Assembly (NCBI GenBank): GCA_002633005.1
Contig: NMRA01000043.1
Location: 159,463-223,462 of the forward strand
Origin: Phoronis australis
Taxonomy: Eukaryota > Animalia > Phoronida
Reading direction: 5' to 3'
DNA length: 64,000 nucleotides
Shown: piece by piece, positions 51,023-63,755 of the stretch
How positions within the stretch are numbered: the stretch's first letter is position 1
Layout of the letters: each line of letters starts with the position of its first letter
Translations under genes and position numbers: made by a program
The notes under the pieces: model-generated
Databases searched by the model: none
What the model saw: the letters and a program-made list of their open reading frames with translations, nothing else
Told to the model about the DNA's origin: nothing

Positions 51023-52710
51023 TACTCCTCAACCAACCAACTTTACATAGTTATGACTTGCATCAATTGCCTCTTAATCAGACTGGCTGCTACTCGGAAG
51101 TCACCATTGTTTTGCTTACAAAGAACACATTTCCATGTGTCTGTGTTTTGCCATACTAAATAAGGTGACGTGTTTAGTCTTGTGGAAGAAAAATCAATGA
51201 AGTGGCAAGTAACTAGCAGTCTTTTTTTAAGTTTTAAACTAAAAGGAAAATGCTTTGACATCAACAGAAATTCAAAATCGTTACGAACAAATCATAACAA
51301 TACCTGGTGAGAACCACTTTGAATAATGTAACTTAGTCTTTGCGTTTAAGCCTTAAGACAGACATTTGCTATGACGCAGAAATAGTTGTGTGGAGTGTAA
51401 ATCCAAATTTGAGTTTTTTAGTCGTGTAACTGTTCAACAAACAGATCCCAGGGCAGGGAGAAATGGAATTTTTGAGATTTTTTGCGATGGACTAAAAAGT
51501 AATCTAGTCGTGGTTTTGCCTCGAATGTCTAATTGATCCCACCGTGGAGCTAAGATGTAGGATCAGGCGGAGGTTTGGTGCGACTGACCGGCCATCTTGG
51601 AGCCTTGGTGTTTATTTACAGAGTTTTGCTCAGGTATTTTTACCATATGGTTCAATTACTCTCAGAAAGATTGGTTGTAATCGGGTGTTGAAAAGGAGGT
51701 CAATAAAACCCAGTACTGGTATTAACTTACAAAAACAAAACGTTGCTGTGTAAATAACAATAAATGCTAATTGCAAGGAAATTCTTATAGCAGCTATAAA
51801 CTCACATTCCATTGAAGGAATTAAAGTTTGATTTTGACAACTTAGTGCTATAAAATTGGTCTTAATTTGTTCCTTACTTCGTTTGACAAGTGATTTTTGG
51901 TCTTGCAAAGAAGTGACTGTTATACTGTGAGACCATGCTTATCTATCCTGTTCCCAAGTGACTGTTATACTGTGAGACCATGCTTATCTATCCTGTTCTC
52001 AAGCAATAACGAACTGTCACATCTTTCTTAAGTCCAGAAATCACACTTATTTTGACAAAGGAACAATTTGAGACCAATTTCATAACAGTTACAGTTAGTG
52101 ATATAAAAAATTTGCATTGGGATAATAGATCAAAATTTTAATTGAGACCATGCCTTTTTCCCTCGACTGTACTGGATTAGCTCATTCTTGCAATGACTTT
52201 TTTATGAAAACAATGTTCTAAAATACAGGGAACAAGCTTTGGGTCTCAAAACAATTCTTTGGAGTGCCTTTACAAAGACCTTAATTTAAGGACAATGTAT
52301 TTCATTACTAACGGATAAGGACAATGCATTTAATTACTAACGGATAAACAGCTTTCGGTCATTTCCACCCTGTTGATTACAAAACATTTATTTCTTCAAT
52401 TTAGAGATGTGGAGAACCGTTCAGTTTGAGGTTATTAGTGAGAGACTTTAGAGATGTGGAGAACCGTTCAGTTTCATGTTATTAGTGAGAGACTTAGTGT
52501 CAGCTGTGATGTGGGTATTAGCAAACTAATTACTTATGTCGCTTTCACAACTCACAAATTCGTAAACCATGGAATTGCCTGTCGTGATTACAATGCATGG
52601 AGCTGCTTCCTAAGAAAGCTATCTGTATAATTACATGCAATTTTTGCAGCAGATTTGCATAGACAAGACTGTCTGGCACATTTTATTGAGACCCTTCCTT
52701 TTTCACTTAC

Positions 52711-52795
52711 CTCAGGATTCCGTAGCACTACGTCAAACGACCCCTTGATCTCAGTAAAGAGCGCTGTTTTTTTAAATCCTCTGGACTACCTACAC
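52711..52795 (-). CDS. Nested gene candidate exon with stop (G-VGSPEDLKKQRSLLRSRGRLT*; stop at 52728-52730)
   Basis: ttttgtcacag acceptor, GAG|GTAAGT donor 17 nt after the stop; phase matches the 26-nt exon. Confidence 0.5.
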
Positions 52796-53036
52796 CTGTG
52801 ACAAAATTATTCAGGGAAATAGTTGGACATTTGAAGAGGCATTTTTCACTTTAAGTTAAAATAAAAATTTCTGTCTGACACACTCCATCGGTTTGTTCAA
52901 TGTCACCACCCATACCCTGGCTGTGCACATTAGTGTGCTGGGCTCACATTTTCATCATGGAGATTAAGGAAAAGTATCAAAATTTGGCTAACTTTAGAAC
53001 ATCATATCTCAGAAGTAGCTGATCACATTCACTCAC

Positions 53037-53062
53037 CATGTGATCCTTCTTTGATTCTTTTT
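53037..53062 (-). CDS. Nested gene candidate 26-nt micro-exon (R-KRIKEGSH-G)
   Basis: gctgttgccag acceptor, ATG|GTGAGT donor; phase 2 in, phase 1 out. Confidence 0.45.
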
Positions 53063-54786
53063 CTGGCAACAGCAACCAATATCATACGAGGTGCCAGGAT
53101 ATGTTCATTTCTGAGATTTTTCAAATTCCACCTACTTCACAAAGTAAAAGGATTATTATGTAAAATAATTCTAGGTCAAAGTGCAAGCAGATTATTATAT
53201 CGAGCCGAGGGTGTTCAAAACGGAGGGACACAAGAGGGAATCTCCCACTCATTGAGATGGGGAAAGCACCAGTCCCGCACTAAATCAGTTGGATAAAATA
53301 TTTTTTGAAGCACTGCACAGTCTGTGAGTGCGGGTCCACAGTGAACCCTAAGTAGCAGGGGATTGGGGTACGCACACATTTTCTTTGCCTCAATTGTGAG
53401 CTAAATGTCTATGTTTCTGCAACATCTGAATGGAAAACATAATGTTGCAAACTATGGCTATTGTCTTAGGAAGTGTTGGTTTATTTTTTTTGATTCCCAT
53501 ATCAGATGTTCATCAGTTTAGTCTTTCGGTTAATATTCATCTGCATTTAAGGATGACTCCTGTGGTGTAATCTCATCAAACACTGTTGTGTGGGATTTTC
53601 AGGGCCATAAAACCTTGTGGGTGTTTGAAAGTTGTGAAGTGTCGTAACTTGATATTTGTTAATACGGTGTACGATGGCTTTAATCACAAGACGTCATGCG
53701 TTTTCATTGTCTGAGTATACCTCTGTCTTCTGCTCAGGAACTGAGCTTGATGAGTTTCTAGTGAATGCGGAAATTGATGGAGCCAGTCGCAAAGCAGTTG
53801 CGTTTTCTTAATGTACTTCTGAATGGTGTTCCATCAGATCAGTGTGGTCTTGTTTTGAGATGGTCTGTGAATAGATCTCTGTTGACGTCATTCACTACAG
53901 GCCAGCAAATGTCACTACTTGTTTGGCTTTGAAATTTCTGCCTCTTTTCTGACGCGCTCGGATGAGCGCAAAGTAGGTGACGAAAGGGCACGTGGCTTGT
54001 GACGTGAGCAACAAAGCTATTCAATCAGTCCAGTTTCCTCAGTTATTCAACCATCAAGTCTTTTTTATACACTAATGAAGTGTCGATGCCTAAGTTATTG
54101 GTTCATTTAAGTGGCTTAAGATTGACTCTTTTATGCAGTGCCAAGTTTAAAGATCTAAAGAAGGATTTGAGTGCTGAGGAAAAAGTGTCAAGCAAATTAA
54201 TGGGAGATATCCTCAAATAGTTTTTGATAATCAAGTTGTAATTTGATAAGTAAGTTAATTTAGAAATACTGTGATGGTCGTACCTGATTTAATGCCCATC
54301 TCCAACTTTCTGCATTGTGAAAAACATTAGGTGTATTAGGTGGCGGAATACGGTAGCTGGGAAAAGTCAGATTAAAAGTCTGCTAGTGGTATCTATGAAA
54401 TTTGTGAGGCAGCAGCATGTAATTGTCCTGTATTCACTGGTTTATTTCAGTTATGCTTGACTTTCTATGATCTTGCCCTGAAATATCTGAAATCTTGTAA
54501 ATAAAACAATACAAAAAATGACATTCCAGACAATTGAACTGCTCTACAATTACAGTATGTTCAAATTCTTAATTTCGTGGCAATTCAAATCATGATGATT
54601 GTGATTATGCAGCTGTCATTTCAAGTCTGAAGAACTATTTTTATTGGTACTTTGGTATAAAATCTAGTGCTGTCGATGTTTTTCTGTATGTCTTGCTGAA
54701 GTTTCAGTTCGTTTTAAGTAAAATCTGAGCGAGTGTCCAGTTCTGTTCAGTCATTAATTTGCTTCCACCTGATCAGCTCTCTGAGG

Positions 54787-54910
54787 TCAGTCCGAGGTCA
54801 ATCTGGTATAGAACAACTGTCTTGCATTGTGTAATTGAAATCGGATTCCCTTTGTTGGAAGCGTATTCTCGACAAGACTCCTCAATGTAACAACAGGACT
54901 GGAGTATTTC
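54787..54910 (-). CDS. Nested gene candidate alternative terminal exon (R-KYSSPVVTLRSLVENTLP...TRLTSD*)
   Basis: Strong ttattttcctcctag acceptor; open in phase 2 for 40 codons. Confidence 0.4.
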
Positions 54911-57342
54911 CTAGGAGGAAAATAAATGAGATAGATTCTTAAAGCTGTGCTTCTTGTCCATATACTTAACACGGAATGAAGAAAGTTTCTGATTAAGCCT
55001 TTCACACTTGGCTCAATGCAATTTCCTTATTTTTCGGCATACCATATGATTGAGTTGTAATTAACATTGTACATTCCTCTAATGATCACGTCTTGATGTT
55101 CAATTAAAAATTAACTATCAACTGGCAACCGACAAAAGTATGTATTTTCTGAAACTGAGAGTAAAAGCATTTTGTGTCATTCACAACACTGTGCCATTCA
55201 TCATGTATCTGTCATGAAAATGTTGCTCCTAAAAGTTACATCACCAGCATACATTAAACTTTATTTAATAAAAAACTGATAAAAATGCTTAAAACCATGT
55301 CTGGGGTTGTCTAATGGTTATTGGGCATGTCAGTCTAGCACTAGTTTTAGATAGCAATGATACATGAACAGTGATGAATCTTTTGTTACTTGTTCAGCTT
55401 AGGAATTGAAACTTACTGAATCTGTTCAATATACTCTCTAGCCGCAATTGCTTGCTTTTTGTAGACAGGCCATCGTTAATTAGCGCATCTGAGCGTTTGC
55501 CAGGTCCCCAGTTTCTACCTGAAATCAGAAGGATATCTTAAATATGTCGTAAACAGTTTCAGCATTATAACACCAAGCTGAATGTGACAACAGATGGAAA
55601 TGACGTCACCCATGATTTGGTGGAAACTTATCTTTCATGTCATTTCTTATTTATTAGGTATTATTTTTTTAGAAAATAGTTTGCAGACTAGTGTGCAAAC
55701 TATTAGAGGAAAAAATGTATTGACACTTTCATTGTCAGCGACACTTGGCATTGACTCTGATGACATTAATATTTACATTCATGCAGCACTTATTCAGCAC
55801 ACTGGTTTTTCAAATTTCTTACCAAAGTGAATATGAAGAAGAGCTTAATTTTATTGCTAGTATGGTACACAACATTTGGTAAACTTTAAATTATTTCTAG
55901 CAAAGTAATTGGCCTTAATGGCAATGGTGACAATTTTGACATTTATTTTTGTGCGGAATGAGTGGAGAGTTACCGCAAGCTATTATACCTGAGCATTGAC
56001 ACTTTGTTGTCAAATTCACCTATTTACAGCAGATAATTTGTGATTTTAATGCTGATCCAAGACCAAAGTTACTGTTTAACATTCACCAACCCTTACCATT
56101 GGTGTGATATGTCTGTTAGTCAACGAGAGGTTATCTATTGAACAGACTTCAATTTTTTTAAACACTCCACCTTGACAATGGGTACTTCTCCTACACTGCC
56201 GATCATGCCGTTCATTGTTTGCTGCTTATGCATGTAAATAGTAAGTATGTGACAATTTCAAGAATTGTTATGGAATCACAATGCGAAGTGACAGATTTCG
56301 ATATCGATGTGTCAAGGTACATTTCAATTTGATTCTTAGTTCCAATTTTTCCCACTAAGTATATTGCAAAATTATGACTTCTTGGTATCTTTTGAAGAGT
56401 TTGATTGAGAAATATGAAAGAAGAAATAAATTGCACTGGATGATTCCTTAGTTGGAATCCTATTGTACATGACAATTGTGCTGCTGGAATTGATACGATT
56501 GGCAAGTTAACTGCTTGTGTGTAAGCAAAAGTGAATTAATTTTACAAACGAGAATTGAATGGAAAATAATGAAATTCTTCCCTAAATCGTATTTAATCGA
56601 ATAACTAGAAATGTGTATCGCCCGTGTAGCATCAAAAGTCTATCATCCGTGCTGTACTCTGAATATTCACTGAGCTGTGAATATTCAGATTCAGTAAGCT
56701 GTGAAGAGAGAGATCATTCGCAGTTATCATTGGTTGCGTTGCAGTAAATCTCCACTTATTTCGAACAAAAAATTAAACACATTTCTCTGATAGTCAAGAT
56801 GTGTGAAGTAAACTGAATATAGAGATTTCATGGTTGGCAAATGTGTGAAATTAAGTGAGCAACCAAGCGTTGCCAACAACCCCTTGCACGGCATGTTTGC
56901 AACAACATGAGATTCCCAAGTGAACGAAGGAGTGAATATACAGTGGTCAGACCTTATTAACTCAGTCGGTTAAAAAGGTGTGCTAAACTGACCATTTGTG
57001 AATTGGGTAAGGCAAGAAATTCACAAGTGAACGAAGGAGTAAATATACAGTGGTCAGACCTTATTAACTCAGTCGGCTAAACACACCATTTGTGAATTGG
57101 GCAAGTGTAGCCTCATGCAAAATAACTGAGGGACAAAATATTATCTTAAATATATTCAAATAATTTTAGGTGTACAAAATGCAGCTAGTGAGCTAAATTA
57201 GTAGAGCATTGCCATAGCCACATAGCAGTATAAATTTGTCTGAAATTGTTGATTTGAAGTAATTACTGAGCTTGGATAGAAGTGACAGTTATAATTGCTT
57301 GAGTCATTAAGTTGGTTTGAGCTGGTCCTTCACTTTATGTAC

Positions 57343-57387
57343 CTAGCATGACCTCGAGTTATGACCAACTCTTTGTTCTTTTCAAAC
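57343..57387 (-). CDS. Nested gene candidate exon (R-FEKNKELVITRGHA-R)
   Basis: tgtgattttaag acceptor, TAG|GTACAT donor; 45 nt, phase 2/2. Confidence 0.4.
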
Positions 57388-58029
57388 CTTAAAATCACAA
57401 CAGTTTGAGTTTCGTTTGGGTAAGTGGTCAGGGACCTCGTTCACCTGAGGAGAAAGGTGCTGTGCCTTCTGAGAGGGGATTTTGGGGATTTTTTTCGGGT
57501 GAGGGATGTGTTTTCCATCACAAAAAGCAAACTTGATTTAGACAACTTACAGTCATGAAAGTGACCTCAAACTGTTTCTCAGTTAAGCTGGAGGCAGTAT
57601 TAAAGCCTCCTAACTGATTGTTCATTATTGCTTGAGACCTGGCTTTACAAGTTGGCTTGTCAAGGCTGGTATTTTTATGCCCAGAATAGTCCCAAGGAAT
57701 AACAACCTGTCAGTTCTTTGCAATTCCAATGATCAGTTCTCATCTTAGTGAGGAACAGGTATGTGGTGCAAATCAAAAGTTACCTTATTAGACAGAATGT
57801 GGTTTGTAGCAACATCACAGGGGGTTATTGTGCTCCTTTTAGAACATTCATTAAAATCTCGCTAATTTAGAACACAATGCTTGTCCATGTTCAATTTCTA
57901 TATTATAACCACCATCAGATGATGTTTTGAAAAAATACCATTTATAACGATATTAGAAGCATTTGAAAAATGAAGAAGGACAATTTTTGCAATCATTTTT
58001 GTCTGAAATTGGGACAGATTTTACCGTAC

Positions 58030-58153
58030 CTCTCATGCACTATACGGTATACGTACGGTAAGTTGGGGAATGCAACCGTGTATCCATTCCAAATGAAATT
58101 GGCCGAAATTCTCGCAACGCTATTTATATCGCCATTGTGTGATGTGCCAGTTA
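58030..58153 (-). CDS. Nested gene candidate exon (TGTSHNGDINSVAR...PYVYRIVHE-R)
   Basis: aatcccacag acceptor, GAG|GTACGG donor; phase 1 in, phase 2 out, bridging the ATG exon and 57343-57387. Confidence 0.3.
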
Positions 58154-58326
58154 CTGTGGGATTGGCTGATGCCCTACCTTCAACTGGGATCATTCATCGG
58201 CTTCCATATTTGAGCAATAAATGATCTCAATTGAAGATCAAGCAGCAGTCCATCATAGGGTAGCTAAGGATTGACCTGCGGGTCACGTAGTGGTAAGATC
58301 GAGAACATCGCCAGACTTTCGCCACA

Positions 58327-58820
58327 CAGGCCTTTATTCAGGATTTCGAATATAGGGTGTCCAAAATGGGGTTCCCAGTATTCCAGGGCGTCCATGATTC
58401 CGACGCGTAAACCCCCCACCCCCAGCAATCCGTCCAAACACACACATATTTTTACAAAACAGGCATAGACCAAGGTTTTTACATCTAAGTTTACAAATCA
58501 GCCTTCTGTAGTCAGCATTTTTACTAAAAAAAACTGTAGAGGAAGAGTTTTACAATGCCATCAACCAAGTGTGAGTGTAGCAACATTGTATATACTTTGT
58601 ATATACATTGTATATTTCTTCCTGCTTTAAAAAAAAAGAGTCCCCACAGTGAGCCTTCAGAGGCTTCCTAGTATTCATTACAATGTGTGAGTCCAAACAT
58701 GAAAGGTTCCTATTGACAGTGGGCGTCCAAAATGATACATTGGACGTCCTTGCCAGGGCATCCAGATTAGTGCTAGGGCGTCCAAATGGACGCCCAGGAC
58801 GTACGCTGCATAAAGGCCTG
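58327..58820. mobile_element. hAT MITE, TIR CAGGCCTTTAT, 8-bp TSD TCGCCACA
   Basis: tcgccaca|caggcctttat ... ataaaggcctg|tcgccaca; related end at ~21870-22089. Confidence 0.92.
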
Positions 58821-59554
58821 TCGCCACATTTCATCCAGAATAGAGGACAGCTGCATTACCCTTATTACATAAACTATAGTCTTTAGTGTACGATAGGTTT
58901 GCTCTAAAAAAATCGCGATAAGATCCCTCGAGCAGTTTAGCAAAGGTTGTCTTGTTTGGTCACCAGTTGAACTGTTAAATTCTGCCAATAGAACCATACC
59001 CTCTTCCTGTACACACTCGGCTGGACGACAATTGTCTTAATTTCTTCACTTCAGTAAATGTGGCTTACGATTATTTAGGACACTACAAACATTCCAAATT
59101 TGGCCAATTTTGGAACATTTTATTTCAGAAATGGCTGATCATATAATTTGTGTGAAACTTTCACGTTCTATGCTTTATGCACTGTGCTCAAAAAGCTGAT
59201 AGTAATTCGTTTTAAAATGTTCCACTTTTGCATGAAAGGCTAACAAAAACCATGATTTTGTGATTTTCACGAAAAAATCTCTCAATAGTTTCATAAAATG
59301 AAAAGGAAATGGTGTTTTAGAAAACTGTAACATTGAGATCTCATCTCGAACCAATTTTATTACGTTAATACCGTTCTTTTGCCATCATTGTATCTTTTTT
59401 TGCTAAATTTTGCTGTAAGAAGTGGCCATATGACTCAATTAACGGCAGATAGATTAAAAGCCGAATATCATTCTACAAGCTTTCTGCTTTTACTGAGATG
59501 TAATCTACACTTTTGTAGATATTGTACTAAATGTGCAGACTTATCAGCATGGTC

Positions 59555-59821
59555 CTACATAACCTTTATAAAAGAATTTTTACTTGAACCAAATATGAAT
59601 CTTGATGGCCAGTATAGTGTTTTTTTCGGCTCGCTTTCTTGTGATTGTGCTGGCGATGCTCCCTCCTCTCTGCTTTTTGATATGCTTGAGTGGCAGCCGG
59701 GGCTCCAGTTCCGCTGGTGACATCCAAATAAAAGTCTTTTGTTTATCACAGGTTGACATGTGGCTAGGACGGCAAAGCAGGTCAGTGTGACGACAACTGT
59801 CACATTGGAGTAGGTCCACAT
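59555..59821 (-). CDS. Secreted peptide precursor, first coding exon (signal peptide, QPVINKR, LLFGCHQRNWSPGCHSSIS); elevenin-like
   Basis: Acceptor cttgtttccag 1 nt before ATG; hydrophobic MWTYSNVTVVVTLTCFAVLATC; KR site; C-x8-C. Candidate exon ends at 59584 (phase 1) or 59564 (phase 0); 88 aa if unspliced. Confidence 0.65.
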   Translation of the reverse strand: MWTYSNVTVVVTLTCFAVLATCQPVINKRLLFGCHQRNWSPGCHSSISKSREEGASPAQSQESEPKKTLYWPSRFIFGSSKNSFIKVM

Positions 59822-60284
59822 TCTGGAAACAAGTTTGAGATGTATTAAAACAAATGTCTGTGTCAGGGCCACACGTGTTGCTGTGAAAGGGACATTTCGC
59901 TGTTGTTTAGCTGTCAATTTAAAGCCTAAGCACTTTGGAAAAAAAGCCATTTCCATGCTCATCTCATTTTGAATTGTTGACAAATGAGACGGTAACTCCG
60001 GGCAATAGTCGTGAAGGATCTTCGAGTTTTATGCTTGGTCATCCCCTATGAATTTGACCTCTTTTCTTTAGTCGCTGATGGTATCGTTGTGATCATGGCT
60101 CCTGTGGCAGCAATATAATGAAACAGATTTTATCAGTTTAAGTCGCTTAATTTAAGTTTTGTTCATAAGCAGCTAAACACTGAAGATATGCAGTTTTAAG
60201 ATATTCACAAACAAAACATAATAATGTAGAGTGTGGTCCACACATTCTACGAGTTACACACAAATTACTCCTGAAATGGTTATC

Positions 60285-61270
60285 GAGTTACTCTTGGAAC
60301 GAGTTATCACTAGGTTTAGTAATTACTGTGCGTTTGCACGCGCAGAGTACTGTTGTTCCTGGGTTTTTTTCAATTTTATTCTTATTCTTCTTCTTCTTCC
60401 AACTTTGAGGCTTAATAACTCCAAATTGGGTGCAGATACGCTCTTTAAATTCAGAATATGATTTTTGACAGTACATAAATTTTGATTCGTTATATAATCA
60501 TATTCCATATTGCACCGGAAGAGGTTGGTTGGTGCAAAGGTGAAATAATTTTCAAAATGCTACTTCTTCAGTTATAAAGCTATCTTTTTCAAATTCGATG
60601 CACAGGTATAAGTTAACATGACAATTCTTTTCAATTTCAGCACACTGGTGTAAGTCAACCTGCCAGTTGAACACCCTACTTTACTACGCAATAGGCCTAA
60701 CCAATGAGAAAAATAGGTCGAAGGTCATTGAGTGCAAACTAAAATTTTGAGCTAGAGACTTCAATATTACATATCTGTTTACTAGATTTGATTGAGTTTG
60801 AATTCTAAATTTTCGGGTCATTTGGTGCATCCATGGGGTCATTAGGTGCATTTTTCTTCTGAAAGTTTGACCAATTCATTCATCTTGTATTCTGAAGTGC
60901 TTAAAGTTAAAGATCTGTGATTCTTAGCATCAACCACACTTTTAATTGAGCGTTTTTCCCTCATCGGGGCTCATAATGCACCGGAAGAGGTCAATTAGTG
61001 GAAAGGTCATCAAAATGTTAACATGTAATTTCTCCTACAATTGTAAAGAATTCCTTCTCGTATTGGTAAACCGATTACTGTCAATAACTTCCCATAACAA
61101 TCCCAGTATTACACACACGCAGAGTCCATTATTGTCAAAACGTGACAATAATCTTTCTAGTTGTGTGTATACTATTTTTGCTAGGCCAATTTTGACTCAC
61201 ATGTGAAAACTTACGCCATTTTATCAAGATAGGTTAATTTGTTCTTGGCTATGGCAACTCTCCACTTATT
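60285..61270 (+). mobile_element. Possible Helentron/DINE-like non-autonomous element
   Basis: ttactgtgcgtttgcacgcgcagagta hairpin followed by a cttctt microsatellite and internal subrepeats (tgcaccggaagagg x2). Confidence 0.45.
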
Positions 61271-61602
61271 TCACACTAAATATTTGCCAAACGTGTCATT
61301 TTTGCATTTTTGAATTCTGGTTACCTCATTGCAAATAATGCAAAATTTACCGAAGTTGTTAAATGACATCTCCACTGTACAAGCTATGTTAGTGATATAG
61401 ACTAGAATTTTCTTCATCTTTGTTTTTGTGGAAAAATTTGACAAAATAGAATTTCACTTGCCGGACAAATTGTGAGAGACACTGGTGCAAGTACAAGGTT
61501 AGTGTGGATACAAATCTGCCAATATGACTAAGTTACAGGTGTCTATTTGCACGGTACTTGTGCCAAGTTGAAGGATGAGTAGTGTACTTAACTGTGGGGG
61601 GG

Positions 61603-61843
61603 CAAGTTGCTCTAGAGCAAGTTGCTCTAGAGCAAGTTGCTCTAGAGCATGTTGCTCCAGGGCAAGTTGCTCTAGGGCATGTTGCTCCAGGGCATGTTGC
61701 TCCAGGGCATGTTGCTCTAGGGCAAGTTGCTCTAGGGCAAGTTGCTCTAGGGCAAGTTGCTCTAGAGCATGTTGCTCCAGGGCAAGTTGCTCTAGGGCAT
61801 GTTGCTCCAGGGCATGTTGCTCTAGGGCATGTTGCTTTAGGGT
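61603..61843. repeat. 15-bp minisatellite x~16
   Basis: gttgctcyagrgcaw units. Confidence 0.92.
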
Positions 61844-62786
61844 AGCTCTTAACATGACATGACTACGATGACTACTTAATGTAGCAAGTACCTCCTCAAT
61901 ATGAGACAAATTTTCCAACTCGACAGAAATTCACACTGTCAAGCAGAAATCACACACATATTACATTCCAACCCACAGGGTTGATTCTCTCAGTAACTGG
62001 AATAAAAATACAGGGTGTCCAAAATGTTCATACATTTTAAATGACAACAACTGATGTTTATGGACTTGGGAACAAGATCAGGGACTTAAATTCAGGTGGT
62101 GATCAAAAAAGGAATTTAGTCTTTATTAACCGGAAATAAATTCATTGTTTATTTACTTGTTCGGTAGGAGATAAATCGAATATAGCATGAATAGTGAATT
62201 TACGTTTGCCAGTAGAATTGTGCGATTAATTTCCGTTCTCCAAAACTGCGTGCCTTTGCCATTTATTTAGTATTTACTTTATCTAGGCTATTAATTGTAG
62301 TATTTACAATGACGGTAGCCCCATAAGTTTTCACTGCTTTCCATGGGTGCCCTCACATGTAATGGTTCATGCGTCTGCTTTCACAGCAAAGTGTAACCAT
62401 GCAATAGTTGAGGGCTAGACTATGAACTGCACTGCTTGTTAAATCATGGTCTTTGTTCAGGTGCATGGTGCTAATTGTCATTTGTTGCTCGGTCTAATTT
62501 TAACAGTAAAGACGTTGTTAAAGGTGGTGGCGTAAGTGCCAGGAAACTGGTCGTGAAATGGGTCATTGAGAACATTGCTCTGTGTTGCTGTTATGACAAT
62601 GTTTTTGCATTTATCCAGAAATTTGCTGTTTTCCTGACGTTTAAATCCACTGTAAATGTGTCTTTCATCTTAAAAAATAACTGCAGATTTAGACTCCTTT
62701 TCGCTTTGAAGTTGGTCTCAAAATGTCCTTTCTCAAAGCCGAGGTGATTTCTGGTCTTGAAAAGAACTAACAGTGTGTTGCTGCTT

Positions 62787-63755
62787 GAGGCTATGGTGTG
62801 TTGGTCATTGTGTGCACCATCTACTGTATGAGCCAAAAGTATTCACTATATGAGGCTATGGTGTGCTGGTCATTGTATGCACCATCTACTGTATGAGCCA
62901 AAAGTATTCACTATATGAGGCTATGGTGTGTTGGTCATTGTGTGCACCATCTACTGTATGAGCCAAAAGTATTCACTATATGAGGCTATGGTGTGCTGGT
63001 CATTGTATGCACCATCTACTGTATGAGCCAAAAGTATTCACTATATGAGGCTATGGTGTGTTGGTCATTGTGTGCACCATCTACTGTATGAGCCAAAAGT
63101 ATTCACTATATGAGGCTATGGTGTGCTGGTCATTGTATGCACCATCTACTGTATGAGCCAAAAGTATTCACTATATGAGGCTATGGTGTGTTGGTCATTG
63201 TGTGCACCATCTACTGTATGAGCCAAAAGTATTCACTATATGAGGCTATGGTGTGCTGGTCATTGTATGCACCATCTACTGTATGAGCCAAAATTATTCA
63301 CTGTATGAAGCTATGGTGTGTTGGTCATTGTATGCACCATCTACTGTATGAGCCAAAGTATTCACTATATGAGGCTATGGTGTGCTGTTCATTGTATGCA
63401 CCATCTACTGTATGAGCCAAAAGTATTCACTATATGAGGCTATGCTGTGCTGGTCATTGTATACACCATCTACTGTATGAGCCAAAAGTATTCACTACTT
63501 GAGGCTATGCTGTGCTGGTCATTGTATGCACCAACTACTGTACAAACCAAAAGTATTCACTACTTGAGGCTATGCTGTGCTGGTCATTGTATGCACCAAC
63601 TACTGTACAAGCCAAAAGTATTCACTACTTGAGGCTATGCTGTGCTGGTCATTGTATGCACCAACTACTGTAAAAGCCAAAAGTATTCACTACTTGAGGC
63701 TATGCTGTGCTGGTCATTGTATGCGCCATCTGCTATAGGAGCCAAAAATATTCAG
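62787..63755. repeat. 65-bp minisatellite x~15 with a 130-bp dimer higher-order structure
   Basis: Alternating gtgttgg..gtgtgc and gtgctgg..gtatgc units in the first 8 copies, then a gradient of new variants. Confidence 0.92.

Noticed and set aside
58773-59010. Additional nested-gene exon (EEGMVLLAEFNSST...)
   Set aside because: Acceptor and donor are weak and ambiguous, and the ORF runs into a hAT MITE; not supportable without transcripts.
61499-61918. (ALEQH/L)n coiled-coil-like and (CSRAS)n ORFs
   Set aside because: 15-bp minisatellite open in multiple frames; no gene context.
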